DNA of 64,000 nucleotides from contig OZ253442.1 in the NCBI GenBank assembly GCA_965261085.1, positions 2,496,001-2,560,000 of the forward strand, written 5' to 3'. The position numbers and the translations under genes are program-made. Positions within the stretch are counted from its first letter, which is position 1. Every line of letters begins with the position of its first letter. Source of the stretch: a bacterium. GTDB taxonomy: Bacteria; UBA8248. The notes under the pieces are model-generated. The model was not told the origin of the DNA. It searched no databases and worked only from the letters and a program-made list of their open reading frames with translations. This document shows, one piece after another, positions 10,245 through 19,042 of the stretch.

Positions 10245-10992
10245 CGCGTGAGCCTCCGGCCAGGGGCGAGCGTTCCGACGACGCCTCCGGCGCCGTCCGT
10301 ACGTGCGCTCCATCTTGTTTCTCCTCGTTACTTTCGCCGGCCTCATCAGTGTGAGGCGCCGTGGCGCTCCCGCCCGCGTCCGGCGGTCTTTTGAGGTCGT
10401 GGAAGCGATCGAGCCAGAGCCGTGCCGCACGGGCGGGATCCAGGGGCCTGATGCGGCGATCGAGCGGCGGGAAGGCGACGGACGTGGCCGCGCTCTCGCT
10501 TGCGCCGGGGACGTCTCGCGCCTCGGCCGCCTCGGCCATCCGGGCGATGAATCGTAAAAGCTCCGCCTCCTCCGCCGTGGGCTCCGCACGGAGCCCGGCC
10601 GCCTCGAGCACGGCCGCCTGTACCCGCCCGCAGAGCCGTCTCATGCGGTCCGTCGGCCGCAGCGAGTGAGCGGCGTCGGCTCCCAGCCACGCGACACTCG
10701 CTTGAGAGAGCAGCGCGTAGAGCGCCGCCTCCCGGACACGCCCGCCCGCGGGTCCGCCCAGGTCTTCTATCGCCTCGCTCATCGTCACCGCGTGGGCCGC
10801 GAGGGAGTGGAAGCGCTTGAGCCGCCCGCCCCGGCGGCAGGTATTGGCCAGCACGTGGGCCAGGGCCTCGAAGTCGACCGCTTCGGCCGTCAGCGATTCG
10901 GGGTCCCCCGGCCACTCCAGAAGCCGCTCCCCGTTCAGGGTCTCCTCCGCTCTCCTCGCGGCGCGCGTGTGCGCCCGTCTTTTCTCGTTCAT
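10234..10992 (-). CDS. YfbR/YfdR-like HD-superfamily protein with degenerate HD motif
   Basis: ALAHVLANTCRRGG..FHSLAAHAV matches phage/ICE HD phosphohydrolases; LLSQAS where LLHDAS is expected; RBS AAGGAG. Confidence 0.7.
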   Translation of the reverse strand: MNEKRRAHTRAARRAEETLNGERLLEWPGDPESLTAEAVDFEALAHVLANTCRRGGRLKRFHSLAAHAVTMSEAIEDLGGPAGGRVREAALYALLSQASVAWLGADAAHSLRPTDRMRRLCGRVQAAVLEAAGLRAEPTAEEAELLRFIARMAEAAEARDVPGASESAATSVAFPPLDRRIRPLDPARAARLWLDRFHDLKRPPDAGGSATAPHTDEAGESNEEKQDGAHVRTAPEASSERSPLAGGSRDAA

Positions 10993-11057
10993 GTGCGTCT
11001 CTCCTTTCTTGCTCGTGGTTCGTCTTCAAATGTCGCCCGGTATCGAGAGATGAAAGG

Positions 11058-13559
11058 TCACGGCGCGCCTACTTCCGCGATGCGCGCAACCGCTTCTTCC
11101 GTGCTGAGGCCCTCTTCCTTCAATTTTTCGATAGCGGCGAAGGCGGGCCCGCGCGATGAGTAGAGCGCGGACGATGCGCGGTCGAGCACGAGCCGCGCCA
11201 CCCTCCAGCCGTCCGGGCCGTGCAGCACCAACTCGGCGTGGCGCCCGTCCACGGTGGCGAGGCTTTTAAGAGCCCGCTCCATCCCGGGGTCGCAGTGGAT
11301 GCGCTTTTCCTGCTTGAGGAGTTCCACGGACTCGTCCTTCTGGGCGAGGAAGATCGTCCAGTCGGCGTTGTCCCAGGCCGCCCGCGCCGCGGGGTTCGCG
11401 TAATAGTCGTTCACGCTCTGGGTGCCGGTGACGAGCGCGCCCCGGTACTTGCGCGCCCGGCGCGCCGCACCCTCTAAGAACGCCCGGCTGTCCTCGCCCG
11501 ATAGCAGGTCCCAGGCCTCATCGATAACGATCGCCTTGGGCCGCGTCCTCGGGCCGTGGTACATGCGTTGGGTGGCGAGAAATACCACGAGCATGAGCAC
11601 CACGCCCTGCAGGTCGCCCCGGCCCTTGAGTTCGGCCAATTCGAACACGGTGAGCGCGGCATCCAAAGCCGGGGTCTCGCCGCCTTCGAAGAGCCTCCCG
11701 AGCGCGCCGCCCGGGCGCCAGGGTCCGAGAGCGAGCGCCATGTCGGATGCACGCCTGTCGCCCGCCGCCTCGAGGCCTCGCTGCACGGCGCCCAGGTCCG
11801 CGTCGTTTCCCGCCTCCTCCCAGGCGCGCGCGATGGCCTCATCGATGAGCGCCGCCTCGATGTCGTCGATCCGCCCGCGCCTGCGGCACATGCGCCCGAT
11901 CACGGCCGCCAGCATGGCGAAGCATTCCTCCCGGTAGTCACCGTCGCGCGCGGCCGTCTCCGCATCGATCATGGCGAAGGGGTTCAACCGCGCAGGGTCC
12001 TTGCCGAAGGCGATGAAGGCGCCGCCCAGGGCCTCGGCCGTGTGCTGGAACGAACGCCCATCATCAATGACGACGGCCTCACCGCCCGCGCCCGCGATCC
12101 CGGCGACGAGTTCCTGCATGAGAACCGACTTGCCCGAGCCTGATTTTCCGGTCACGGCCACGTTGTAGTTCCCCGCCTCGTTCGCGAAGGGGGACCAGCA
12201 GGCGGGCTGGCCCCGCCTCCCCACGAGCAGGAGCGCCGGCGGCGTGTCGCTCGCCGCCCTTTGGCCGCGCCACTCGCCGTGCACGGGGGCGAGGTTCACG
12301 GCGGATGAGGTGAGCAGGGTCTTCATCCGGCCCATCCGGGCGAGGTCCGCGTCGAGTCCCCCTGCCGGGACCATGGGCAGGCAGGAGAGCCAGCCCGGCA
12401 GGTGGGCGTAGCGCTCCGTTCCCAGGCGCCAGCCCTGTCCGTGGTAGATGGCGCGCACGGCCTGTTCGGCCTCGTCGATCGCGTCGAGCGGCGCGTAGAC
12501 ACAGATGGTGTAACTCGCCCGCACCAGGCGCTCGCCTTCCTTGAGCCGTTCGGTCACGAAGCGCCAGTCCCGGGCCTTCTCCGGGAGGCCTGGCAGGTAG
12601 CGGGCTATCCCCGTGCCCGCCTGCTGCGTCGCCCGGGCGGATTTCAGGAAGGCGCGCTCACCGTCGGCCGCCTCGCCCATCATCACGGTGAGTGCGGTCA
12701 GTACCGGGGCGCCCGGCTGGAGGAAATCGCGGTGGAAATCCCCGATCAGCGCGTTGCCGCGCCAGCCTGGCCAGACCTCAGGATATGCGCGCGCGGAGAG
12801 TACGCGCACCGCCACGTCCGTCCCCGCGGGATGGTGGAAGACCAGCCCCGCCGGCGCCACGCTCATCGCACGGCCGGGCGCCGCGCACTGCAGGTGGATC
12901 GGGTCGCGCGGCGACCAGCGCCTCTCGGGCCGCTTAAGCCCGCCGTCGTGTTCTCCCTCCGGGTCGGGCGCAACGAGTTCCGCCGCGAGTGATAACAGCG
13001 CGTCCGGCTCGAGCCTTCGCGCCCAGGTCCCGATCGAGGCGAGCGCGCCCTCTATCGCACGGCGGAAGCTCCCGAGCGCGGTCTCTGACGCCGGTCCCGG
13101 CCGTCCCGGCAGGCAGGCCGTCATGAACACCCGGCAATCGTTCAGGGTGAACGGCGGCCCGCCCTCATGGAGCGGGCGCCAGCCGGCGCCCGAGAAGAGG
13201 GCTTCCCTCCGCGCCGCCATCACGGCTTGTAAGCCGCCCGCTCCCTCCCTAGGTTGCGCCCAGTCCCTGATCGCCGCCCCGTAGCGCGGGCTCGTCCAGT
13301 GGATGACCTGCACCACCGAGCGCTCGGGCGCCGAGTCGGCCAGAGTCCCGGCCAGCGCGTCCAGCGTCCCCTCGTCGATTCCCGCGAAGGGCGGGAGTTC
13401 CAGTACGAAGCCGCAACTCGCGGCGTTGACGTAGAACTCGCCCGCCTCGTCCCAGGCCCGCCAGGGGAGAAGATCCACGAGCGGGGCGGGCATGGCCGGG
13501 AGCGTCCAGGGCTGGAGCGCGTCAGGTCCTTTGAGCAAATCCTTCAAACGTTCGATCAC
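11058..13559 (-). CDS. traC: TraC (VirB4-like) ATPase
   Basis: Walker A GKSGSGKS, IDDGRSF, IDEAWDLL, RRARKY..TGTQS; GTGA overlap with traV stop. Confidence 0.95.
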   Translation of the reverse strand: MIERLKDLLKGPDALQPWTLPAMPAPLVDLLPWRAWDEAGEFYVNAASCGFVLELPPFAGIDEGTLDALAGTLADSAPERSVVQVIHWTSPRYGAAIRDWAQPREGAGGLQAVMAARREALFSGAGWRPLHEGGPPFTLNDCRVFMTACLPGRPGPASETALGSFRRAIEGALASIGTWARRLEPDALLSLAAELVAPDPEGEHDGGLKRPERRWSPRDPIHLQCAAPGRAMSVAPAGLVFHHPAGTDVAVRVLSARAYPEVWPGWRGNALIGDFHRDFLQPGAPVLTALTVMMGEAADGERAFLKSARATQQAGTGIARYLPGLPEKARDWRFVTERLKEGERLVRASYTICVYAPLDAIDEAEQAVRAIYHGQGWRLGTERYAHLPGWLSCLPMVPAGGLDADLARMGRMKTLLTSSAVNLAPVHGEWRGQRAASDTPPALLLVGRRGQPACWSPFANEAGNYNVAVTGKSGSGKSVLMQELVAGIAGAGGEAVVIDDGRSFQHTAEALGGAFIAFGKDPARLNPFAMIDAETAARDGDYREECFAMLAAVIGRMCRRRGRIDDIEAALIDEAIARAWEEAGNDADLGAVQRGLEAAGDRRASDMALALGPWRPGGALGRLFEGGETPALDAALTVFELAELKGRGDLQGVVLMLVVFLATQRMYHGPRTRPKAIVIDEAWDLLSGEDSRAFLEGAARRARKYRGALVTGTQSVNDYYANPAARAAWDNADWTIFLAQKDESVELLKQEKRIHCDPGMERALKSLATVDGRHAELVLHGPDGWRVARLVLDRASSALYSSRGPAFAAIEKLKEEGLSTEEAVARIAEVGAP

Positions 13560-14077
13560 GGGAGCCTCCAGCGCGTGGGCTCGACCACGACCCGCACCCA
13601 GCCCCCCTCGCGGTAGACCCCTTCCGCGTCCACGAAGGGCGCGATCCATATCCTGGCGATGCGTTCTTTTGTGCGGAAATTTTCATCGGCCGGAGCGGGG
13701 GTGTCTTGCACCGGTGGCAGGGATAATGGTTCGGCGGTAGCCGCGTCCTCGTCGTGTTCCTCGTCTGGACTAAAGAGTTCCGCGAACCAAACGAGGGGAT
13801 TGCAGCCCCACGCGCATGGGCCGCCCGCTCCCGTAGTCCCGGGAGGGTTCGTGCGGCGAAACGGGGCGGGGAGGCTGTTTTTCCGGGCCCCTCCGGAAGG
13901 CGTCACCGCAGGGTCCGCCTCGGATACGCTTTGGCAGGCCACGCCCTGCGCCAGGGGGCACTGCCAGGCCTCGCCCACGTGGCTCCCCCCCGCGCAGCCG
14001 GCGAGGAGCGCCGCTCCCAGGAGCATCGTGAGCGGCCGCCAGGGTTTTCCGGTTCGTTGATGGATCGTAGTACTCAT
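13556..14077 (-). CDS. traV: TraV lipoprotein
   Basis: Lipobox LLAGC, WQC....GVACQSV, RIWIAPFVDAEG. Confidence 0.9.
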   Translation of the reverse strand: MSTTIHQRTGKPWRPLTMLLGAALLAGCAGGSHVGEAWQCPLAQGVACQSVSEADPAVTPSGGARKNSLPAPFRRTNPPGTTGAGGPCAWGCNPLVWFAELFSPDEEHDEDAATAEPLSLPPVQDTPAPADENFRTKERIARIWIAPFVDAEGVYREGGWVRVVVEPTRWRLP

Positions 14078-15318
14078 CGGTTTCTCCTCTGCTTGTCGCC
14101 TGTTTTTTTCTTCTTCTCCTCACGCCCGTCGATCCGGGCGCCCTCGATGAACACGACCGTCACCCGCGTACCCGTCTGCAACTGGATTACGGGCTGGTAC
14201 TGCTCGGCCCGGCGGATCAGGTAATCGGCGACCCTGCGCCCGGCCGATGCAGCGCCGGCGCCCAGACCCGCACGGCCCAGATCGCGGAGGCCCGCCGCGT
14301 TCGCGGCGCCCTCCGTCCCGGTTGGGGTTTGAAGCAGGTTGGCCGCGGTCTCCCCCGCGCCGGATACCAGACCCGCCAAGAAGGCCTTTTCCACCAGCGC
14401 GCCCTCGCGGCTCACCACCGGACCCCGCACGCCGGCCTTCCCGCCGCCCGCGACGAAACCCGTGACTTTCGTCTCGATCACGCTCCCGGTTTCCGGCCCG
14501 GCGCAGGTCATGGTCTGCAGCCGCACGTAGATTTTTTCCGAAGAAAGGTCCCCGTAGGCGGCGCCCGTCAGCGTGCAGCCCGCGACGTCGGTCTCGAGCG
14601 CCTCTCCGTCCACCGCCGCGCTCCGCGCCTTGCCGGTCAGGCGCAGCAACACCGGCCTCGGGTCGCCCTGAGAGGAGACGCCCACAGAGGCGTCCACGCC
14701 CGCCAGCACCACCGCCTCCGCGTAGGCGCCCGCCGGCAACCAGGACCCGATCGGCCGGGGACCCGGAGCAGGGTCTTCGTCCGCAGGATTCGGGACTTTC
14801 TCGAATTCCTGGATCATGGGCGCCGTCGGTGCAGACGCCTTCCCGCCGGGAGTTGTGCGTTTCCCCTTCACACCCGAAACGCCGGGCGCGCCAGGGGTCC
14901 GGCTCCCCGGAACCGGCGCGGCCGGGCGGGTTTCGAGCCGACGGCGCATCTCCTCGATCACCGCCGCCTGCCGGTCGATCACCAACCGTCCGTCCTCGGC
15001 GTCGCGCGTCAGGCGCTGCTTGAGCCGAGCGTTCTCCTCCCCGGAGCGCCGGCTCCTGGTTTCCATCTCGCGGAGGCGCGTTTCCAACCCGCCTATCCGC
15101 GCCTCGGAGCGCCGCACCCAGACCGCCTCGGCCGATTTGGAACCGGCCAGTTCCGCCCTGATCCCGCTCCGCGGCGGCGGCGCGCCGCCGTCTCCCCCCG
15201 AGAACCAGACCGCGAACGCGATCAATAACGCCGCGGCGATACCTGAAAACAGCAGCAACTGTCGCCCCCGGATCCGCCTGCTCTCCGGGTCCATCGGGGT
15301 TTTATCCTGTCTACTCAT
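14074..15318 (-). CDS. traB: TraB (VirB10-like)
   Basis: TM plus coiled coil, LPAGAYAEAVVLAGVDA, GDLSSEK, GKAGVRGPVV, AEQYQPVI. Confidence 0.93.
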   Translation of the reverse strand: MSRQDKTPMDPESRRIRGRQLLLFSGIAAALLIAFAVWFSGGDGGAPPPRSGIRAELAGSKSAEAVWVRRSEARIGGLETRLREMETRSRRSGEENARLKQRLTRDAEDGRLVIDRQAAVIEEMRRRLETRPAAPVPGSRTPGAPGVSGVKGKRTTPGGKASAPTAPMIQEFEKVPNPADEDPAPGPRPIGSWLPAGAYAEAVVLAGVDASVGVSSQGDPRPVLLRLTGKARSAAVDGEALETDVAGCTLTGAAYGDLSSEKIYVRLQTMTCAGPETGSVIETKVTGFVAGGGKAGVRGPVVSREGALVEKAFLAGLVSGAGETAANLLQTPTGTEGAANAAGLRDLGRAGLGAGAASAGRRVADYLIRRAEQYQPVIQLQTGTRVTVVFIEGARIDGREEKKKKTGDKQRRNR

Positions 15319-16085
15319 CGCGCCGCCCCAATCCGGGAGGCTTCGCGCACCGTAACCGAGAGCCGTCCGCCCGAGGGACCGCTCGCAGGCGGAGCGAGCC
15401 AGAGCGCGGCGACGCCCGACGCGAGACTTTGCATGAGTGTTTCGAAGTCGTCCCCCGACCCCAAGTCCGCTTCGAACACGCGCGCGATAAAGCGCGGCCC
15501 GCGCCAGACCTCGAGCAGCGCCAGGCCGTCCGCCCCGGGCGTTCCCGCCTGTGTCTCGATCACGTAGCCCCGGGGAACCTCGCGCCGCGCCACCGCGCGG
15601 ACGAGCGCCACCAGCGCGCCCACTCGGGCGTAGCCCGGCCTTGGGCTATCTTCCCGAGGCGCAGCGGCCGCGTTCCTGATCAGGATCTGCGCCGAGTCGC
15701 GCGCGGCTACCCGCAACGTCAGCCGGTAGGTGAAGCCTTTCACCGTCCCGATGAACAGCGTCACGGGCTTGCGGGCGAGGTTCTCGTGGTCCAAAGGCCG
15801 CAGGTAGATGTCCCCGCGCGCCTTGTCGTGCTCCACCGCGAAACCATCCGGTCCCCTGATCACGAGCGCGACCCGATCGTCCGCCAGCGCGATACGGCTC
15901 ACCGCCCGGTCCGATATCACGGCTCCCAGTTCCGCGTGGTCTGCGGCGTCCAGTATCTGCATCGCCGCCGCCGGCGCAGCCGTCCATAGAAACAGCGCCG
16001 CCAGGAGAAGCGCCGGGAGCAACGGGCGGGATAAGGCGGTCGGCGCCCGGTCCTTCGTGGTCCCTGTTCTCGTCGATCTGTTCAT
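15315..16085 (-). CDS. traK: TraK secretin-like protein
   Basis: Signal peptide, ISDRAVSRI..GDIYLRP..TLFIGT..TYRLTL; lies between traE and traB. Confidence 0.88.
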   Translation of the reverse strand: MNRSTRTGTTKDRAPTALSRPLLPALLLAALFLWTAAPAAAMQILDAADHAELGAVISDRAVSRIALADDRVALVIRGPDGFAVEHDKARGDIYLRPLDHENLARKPVTLFIGTVKGFTYRLTLRVAARDSAQILIRNAAAAPREDSPRPGYARVGALVALVRAVARREVPRGYVIETQAGTPGADGLALLEVWRGPRFIARVFEADLGSGDDFETLMQSLASGVAALWLAPPASGPSGGRLSVTVREASRIGAAR

Positions 16086-16639
16086 TTTCTCTCCCCCAGT
16101 TCTTCGAAACGGAGCAGGCCTATCCGGCCCGCGTCCACGCGGAAGGACAGCCGGTAGCGTTTCCTCGCGCGAGATACCGGCTCGCGTCCCACCCAGGTCG
16201 CGAGTTCCCCGCTCACCACGACGGTGAGCGTTCCGGGGTCCGCCTCGATACGACCGGGGTAGAAGGCCGTCGAGAGGTCGCGGCGCGCCATGCGACCGGC
16301 CTCGGCCGCGACCCAGGCCCCGATAGCGCCACGGGCGGAGGCGTGGGCGAACCGCGCCGCCGCCTCGCGGGCGTGTTCCGCGTTCTCGGGAGTCAGCGTC
16401 AGCAGCGTCACGGCGATAGTCCGTCCCATGTCTTCCAGATACCTGCTCCCGGCCCGGCCGCCGCCGACCTCCCACGCCGGTCCCGCGACCGCCGGGACCA
16501 GCACCGTCATGCGCTCCACCGAGGCGAGACCGATGCTCAGCCCCAGGTTGGCCAGGAGTGAGAGGGCGAGCAGCGCGGCCAGCGCCGCGCGCCCGTCCCG
16601 CACCTGTCGCCCCTGCGCTTCCATCATGTCGCGTCTCAT
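16082..16639 (-). CDS. traE: TraE
   Basis: TM then TVLVP, YLEDM..LLTLTPEN, FYP; position after traL. Confidence 0.88.
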   Translation of the reverse strand: MRRDMMEAQGRQVRDGRAALAALLALSLLANLGLSIGLASVERMTVLVPAVAGPAWEVGGGRAGSRYLEDMGRTIAVTLLTLTPENAEHAREAAARFAHASARGAIGAWVAAEAGRMARRDLSTAFYPGRIEADPGTLTVVVSGELATWVGREPVSRARKRYRLSFRVDAGRIGLLRFEELGERK

Positions 16640-16649
16640 TAAAGCCTCC

Positions 16650-16943
16650 TTATCCGGTGAAGCGGCGCAGGTGGCTCGGCGGTGCGCCCCTGAGACCCAG
16701 CGCGAAGCCGGGCAGGAACCAGTAGAGCGCGCAGATCGCGACATCCGCACCGCCTCCCCGCTTGGCCCGGCGCAGCAGGGCCCAGCCCGCAAGACCGCTC
16801 AGGAGACCGGTCACGAAGGCGTTGGCCGCCAGCCCCAGGAGCGCCGGCCCCAGAAGGGCCGCCGCCTCGTCCAGGGTCCAGAACAGCCAGCGTTCGGGAT
16901 CGTCCAGGCGTGAGGGGATCGCGTGCCTCACCTGATCGTTCAT
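16650..16943 (-). CDS. traL: TraL
   Basis: IPSRLDDPERWLFWTLDE..LYWFLP..PPSHLRRFTG. Confidence 0.93.
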   Translation of the reverse strand: MNDQVRHAIPSRLDDPERWLFWTLDEAAALLGPALLGLAANAFVTGLLSGLAGWALLRRAKRGGGADVAICALYWFLPGFALGLRGAPPSHLRRFTG

Positions 16944-16955
16944 CCGCTCTCCCCC

Positions 16956-17252
16956 TCATACGATCGCCGTGCCGACCAGCCCGGTGACGATGCCCGTCCC
17001 GGCGCCTGCCGCGATGCCCACCCCGACCGCGCCCGCCAACTGCGCGGCGTTGAAGCGAAGTACCGAACCCACCAGGGCGGCCCCCACGGCGAGCGCGGCC
17101 GCAAGCTGTCCGCCCGTGCCCGCGACGATCCCGGTCACCGTGTCGAGCGGAGCCGAGAACGTCGTGTCCGTCGTGGCCCAGGCCGCCTCCAGTCGCCACA
17201 GCGCCCAGACGAGCGCGGCGAGGACGTGTCTGTTCCAGAAAAATTTTCTCAT
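16956..17252 (-). CDS. traA: Conjugative pilin (TraA-like)
   Basis: 98 aa; signal peptide ending AWA, two Gly/Ala-rich hydrophobic helices; directly upstream of traL. Confidence 0.75.
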   Translation of the reverse strand: MRKFFWNRHVLAALVWALWRLEAAWATTDTTFSAPLDTVTGIVAGTGGQLAAALAVGAALVGSVLRFNAAQLAGAVGVGIAAGAGTGIVTGLVGTAIV

Positions 17253-18010
17253 CGCGTATTCCTCCCCAGGGCCAGGGCCCCTCCGTCGTCCGACGTCGAG
17301 ACCCGCCGGCGCGCCGAGGCCCACGCCTCGATATCCGCGAGCAGGTAGCGCACCCGGGAGCCGAACCGGTGGAATACCGGCCCCTCGCCGCTCACGCGGT
17401 AGCGGTCCAGCGTCCTCGGCGAGAGGCCGAGCCACGCGGCCGCCTCCCGTGTGTTCAGGTAGTTCCTGCCGTTCTCGTTCATGCGCATCTCTCCTTCTCG
17501 TTCTGGTTCGGCCCCGGACCCGGCATGCGGGAGCGGGGCGGTGAATGGGCCGGGTGTCCTCCCGGCGAAAGGGTCCGTTATGTCCGTCAGCCTGTCCCGG
17601 ATGGCCCGGAGCTCATCTTCCCTCGCGTGCGCAGCCATCCAGGCGCGCATCCGGTCGACCGTCCTGAGCAGTGGCGGGTACCCCCTGCGCAGCCTTCCCA
17701 CGAAGGAGGGATTACAGACGGCTTCTTCGCCCAGCACCGAGGGCTTGGTCCCGGACACGGCCAGGAACGCCTCGACCTCGCGCCGGAAGACCGGACCCAG
17801 CGGCGGATACCCCATGAAGGCCAGCACCCGGTCCGCCGTCACCAGGCGCACCGAACGCCCCCGTAACTGCGAGGCCACGAAATCCGGATCGCCCAGCGCG
17901 TCTATCCCGAAGCGACTCACGCACACCCCGTGGCGCGCGCGCCAGGCCGCAACGATCCGCCTCAAACGATCGTCCAAAGTCATGTCGGTATGGGTATCGA
18001 ACGTCTTCAT
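17249..18010 (-). CDS. Fusion of two Cro-like HTH repeats and an HTH_17 (excisionase/AlpA-like) domain
   Basis: Repeats FGIDALGDPDFV..LRGRSVRLVTADRV and LGEEAVCNPSFV..LRRGYPPLLRTVDRM; C-terminal YLNTREAAAWLGLSPRTLDRYR..GP.F.RFG.RVRY. Stop overlaps the traA ATG. Confidence 0.75.
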   Translation of the reverse strand: MKTFDTHTDMTLDDRLRRIVAAWRARHGVCVSRFGIDALGDPDFVASQLRGRSVRLVTADRVLAFMGYPPLGPVFRREVEAFLAVSGTKPSVLGEEAVCNPSFVGRLRRGYPPLLRTVDRMRAWMAAHAREDELRAIRDRLTDITDPFAGRTPGPFTAPLPHAGSGAEPEREGEMRMNENGRNYLNTREAAAWLGLSPRTLDRYRVSGEGPVFHRFGSRVRYLLADIEAWASARRRVSTSDDGGALALGRNTR

Positions 18011-18017
18011 GCAGGCG

Positions 18018-18067
18018 AACATAAGGGAATCATTTTTGTTTGACAATAGTTTTACGTAGTGTATAAC
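18018..18067. promoter_or_regulatory. Back-to-back sigma70 promoters sharing one -35 region
   Basis: + strand TTGACA(18040-45)-16 nt-TATAAC(18062-67); - strand TTGTCA(18046-41)-17 nt-TATGTT(18023-18); AT-rich patch in GC-rich DNA. Confidence 0.7.
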
Positions 18068-18170
18068 CTTAGTTTACATTAAGTTTGCGCCCACATTTGC
18101 GCCCGGCTGCGCAGGGATGCGGCAAAAAAAACGGGGATTTTCCCGCGACGGTGGAATGAAAGGGGGCAGA

Positions 18171-18920
18171 ATGAACGAGTACGGAAAAAAGGACGAGAGG
18201 GAGGCGCTCCGGCGCGACCCGGTCCGTCTCAGGCTGAAGGAACTCCTGCGGAGCAACGACCTCACCCTCTCCGCGGTATCGCTGGCCATCGGCCGCAACC
18301 AGACCTATCTGCAGCAGTACGTTGACCGCGGCGTGCCCGTGGTGCTCGGATACCGCGATAGCGAAACCCTGGCCGAACTCCTCGGATGCGACCCTGAGGA
18401 ACTCCGCCACGAGACCGTGCCGAAACGAAAACCCATGACGCGCAAGCGGCCCGGGCCGCTGCCCGGGCTTCCCGGCGCGCCGGTGGTGGCCGTCCCGGAG
18501 ATCACGTCGGAGGCCGCCGTCGCCGAGGCGCTCACCGGCGAGCGCGCCCCGGAACTCGAGCGCTGGGGCTGGCCGTTGAACATCATCCGCTACGAGTCGG
18601 GCGCCGCGCTCGGGAACCTGCGCATCATCAGGGTGCGGGGCAACTCGATGGAGCCCGAGATGCGCGAGGGTGACCGCATCCTGGTCGACGCCTCGAACAA
18701 GCTGCCGGTCACGGGCGAGAAGTACTTGCTCTGGGACGGCAACGGGCTGGTCGTCAAGCGGGTCGAGGTGGTCCACCGTGATGCGGCGGACGGGGACGAA
18801 CCGCCCCGGCTCAGGCTGATCTCCGCCAACCCCGACTACGCCCCCTATTCATGCCTCGCCCGGGACGTCCACGTCTTCGGCAAGGTGTGGTGGGTGGTGG
18901 GGCGGGTGGCGCATGGATGA
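18171..18920 (+). CDS. CI/LexA-like repressor, HTH plus S24 peptidase
   Basis: N-terminal LSAVSLAIGRNQTYLQQY HTH; VRGNSMEP (Ser) and VVKRV (Lys) catalytic motifs, LISANPDY; divergent from the Cro-like gene. Confidence 0.9.
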   Translation: MNEYGKKDEREALRRDPVRLRLKELLRSNDLTLSAVSLAIGRNQTYLQQYVDRGVPVVLGYRDSETLAELLGCDPEELRHETVPKRKPMTRKRPGPLPGLPGAPVVAVPEITSEAAVAEALTGERAPELERWGWPLNIIRYESGAALGNLRIIRVRGNSMEPEMREGDRILVDASNKLPVTGEKYLLWDGNGLVVKRVEVVHRDAADGDEPPRLRLISANPDYAPYSCLARDVHVFGKVWWVVGRVAHG

Positions 18921-19042
18921 CGCAGGGAATGTCGGCAGGTCGGAGGACGGGTAAGGGAAAACGGTCAATGAGACGGGATTGGGAAAACCAGTGTACCGAA
19001 CCGTTCGAACAACATGCTTGCATTCAAGGGGTCGTCCACATA
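18902..19042 (+). mobile_element. Orphan IS1111-type non-coding region/right end with internal deletion
   Basis: Colinear with the reverse complement of 19390-19660: about 61/68 identical at 18925-18991 and 37/51 at 18992-19042 (hand alignment); ~129 nt missing between the blocks. Confidence 0.85.

Noticed and set aside
536-17866. Many long plus-strand and alternate-frame ORFs over the tra operon
   Set aside because: Arg/Pro/Gly-rich shadows of very high-GC genes; no motifs or RBS.
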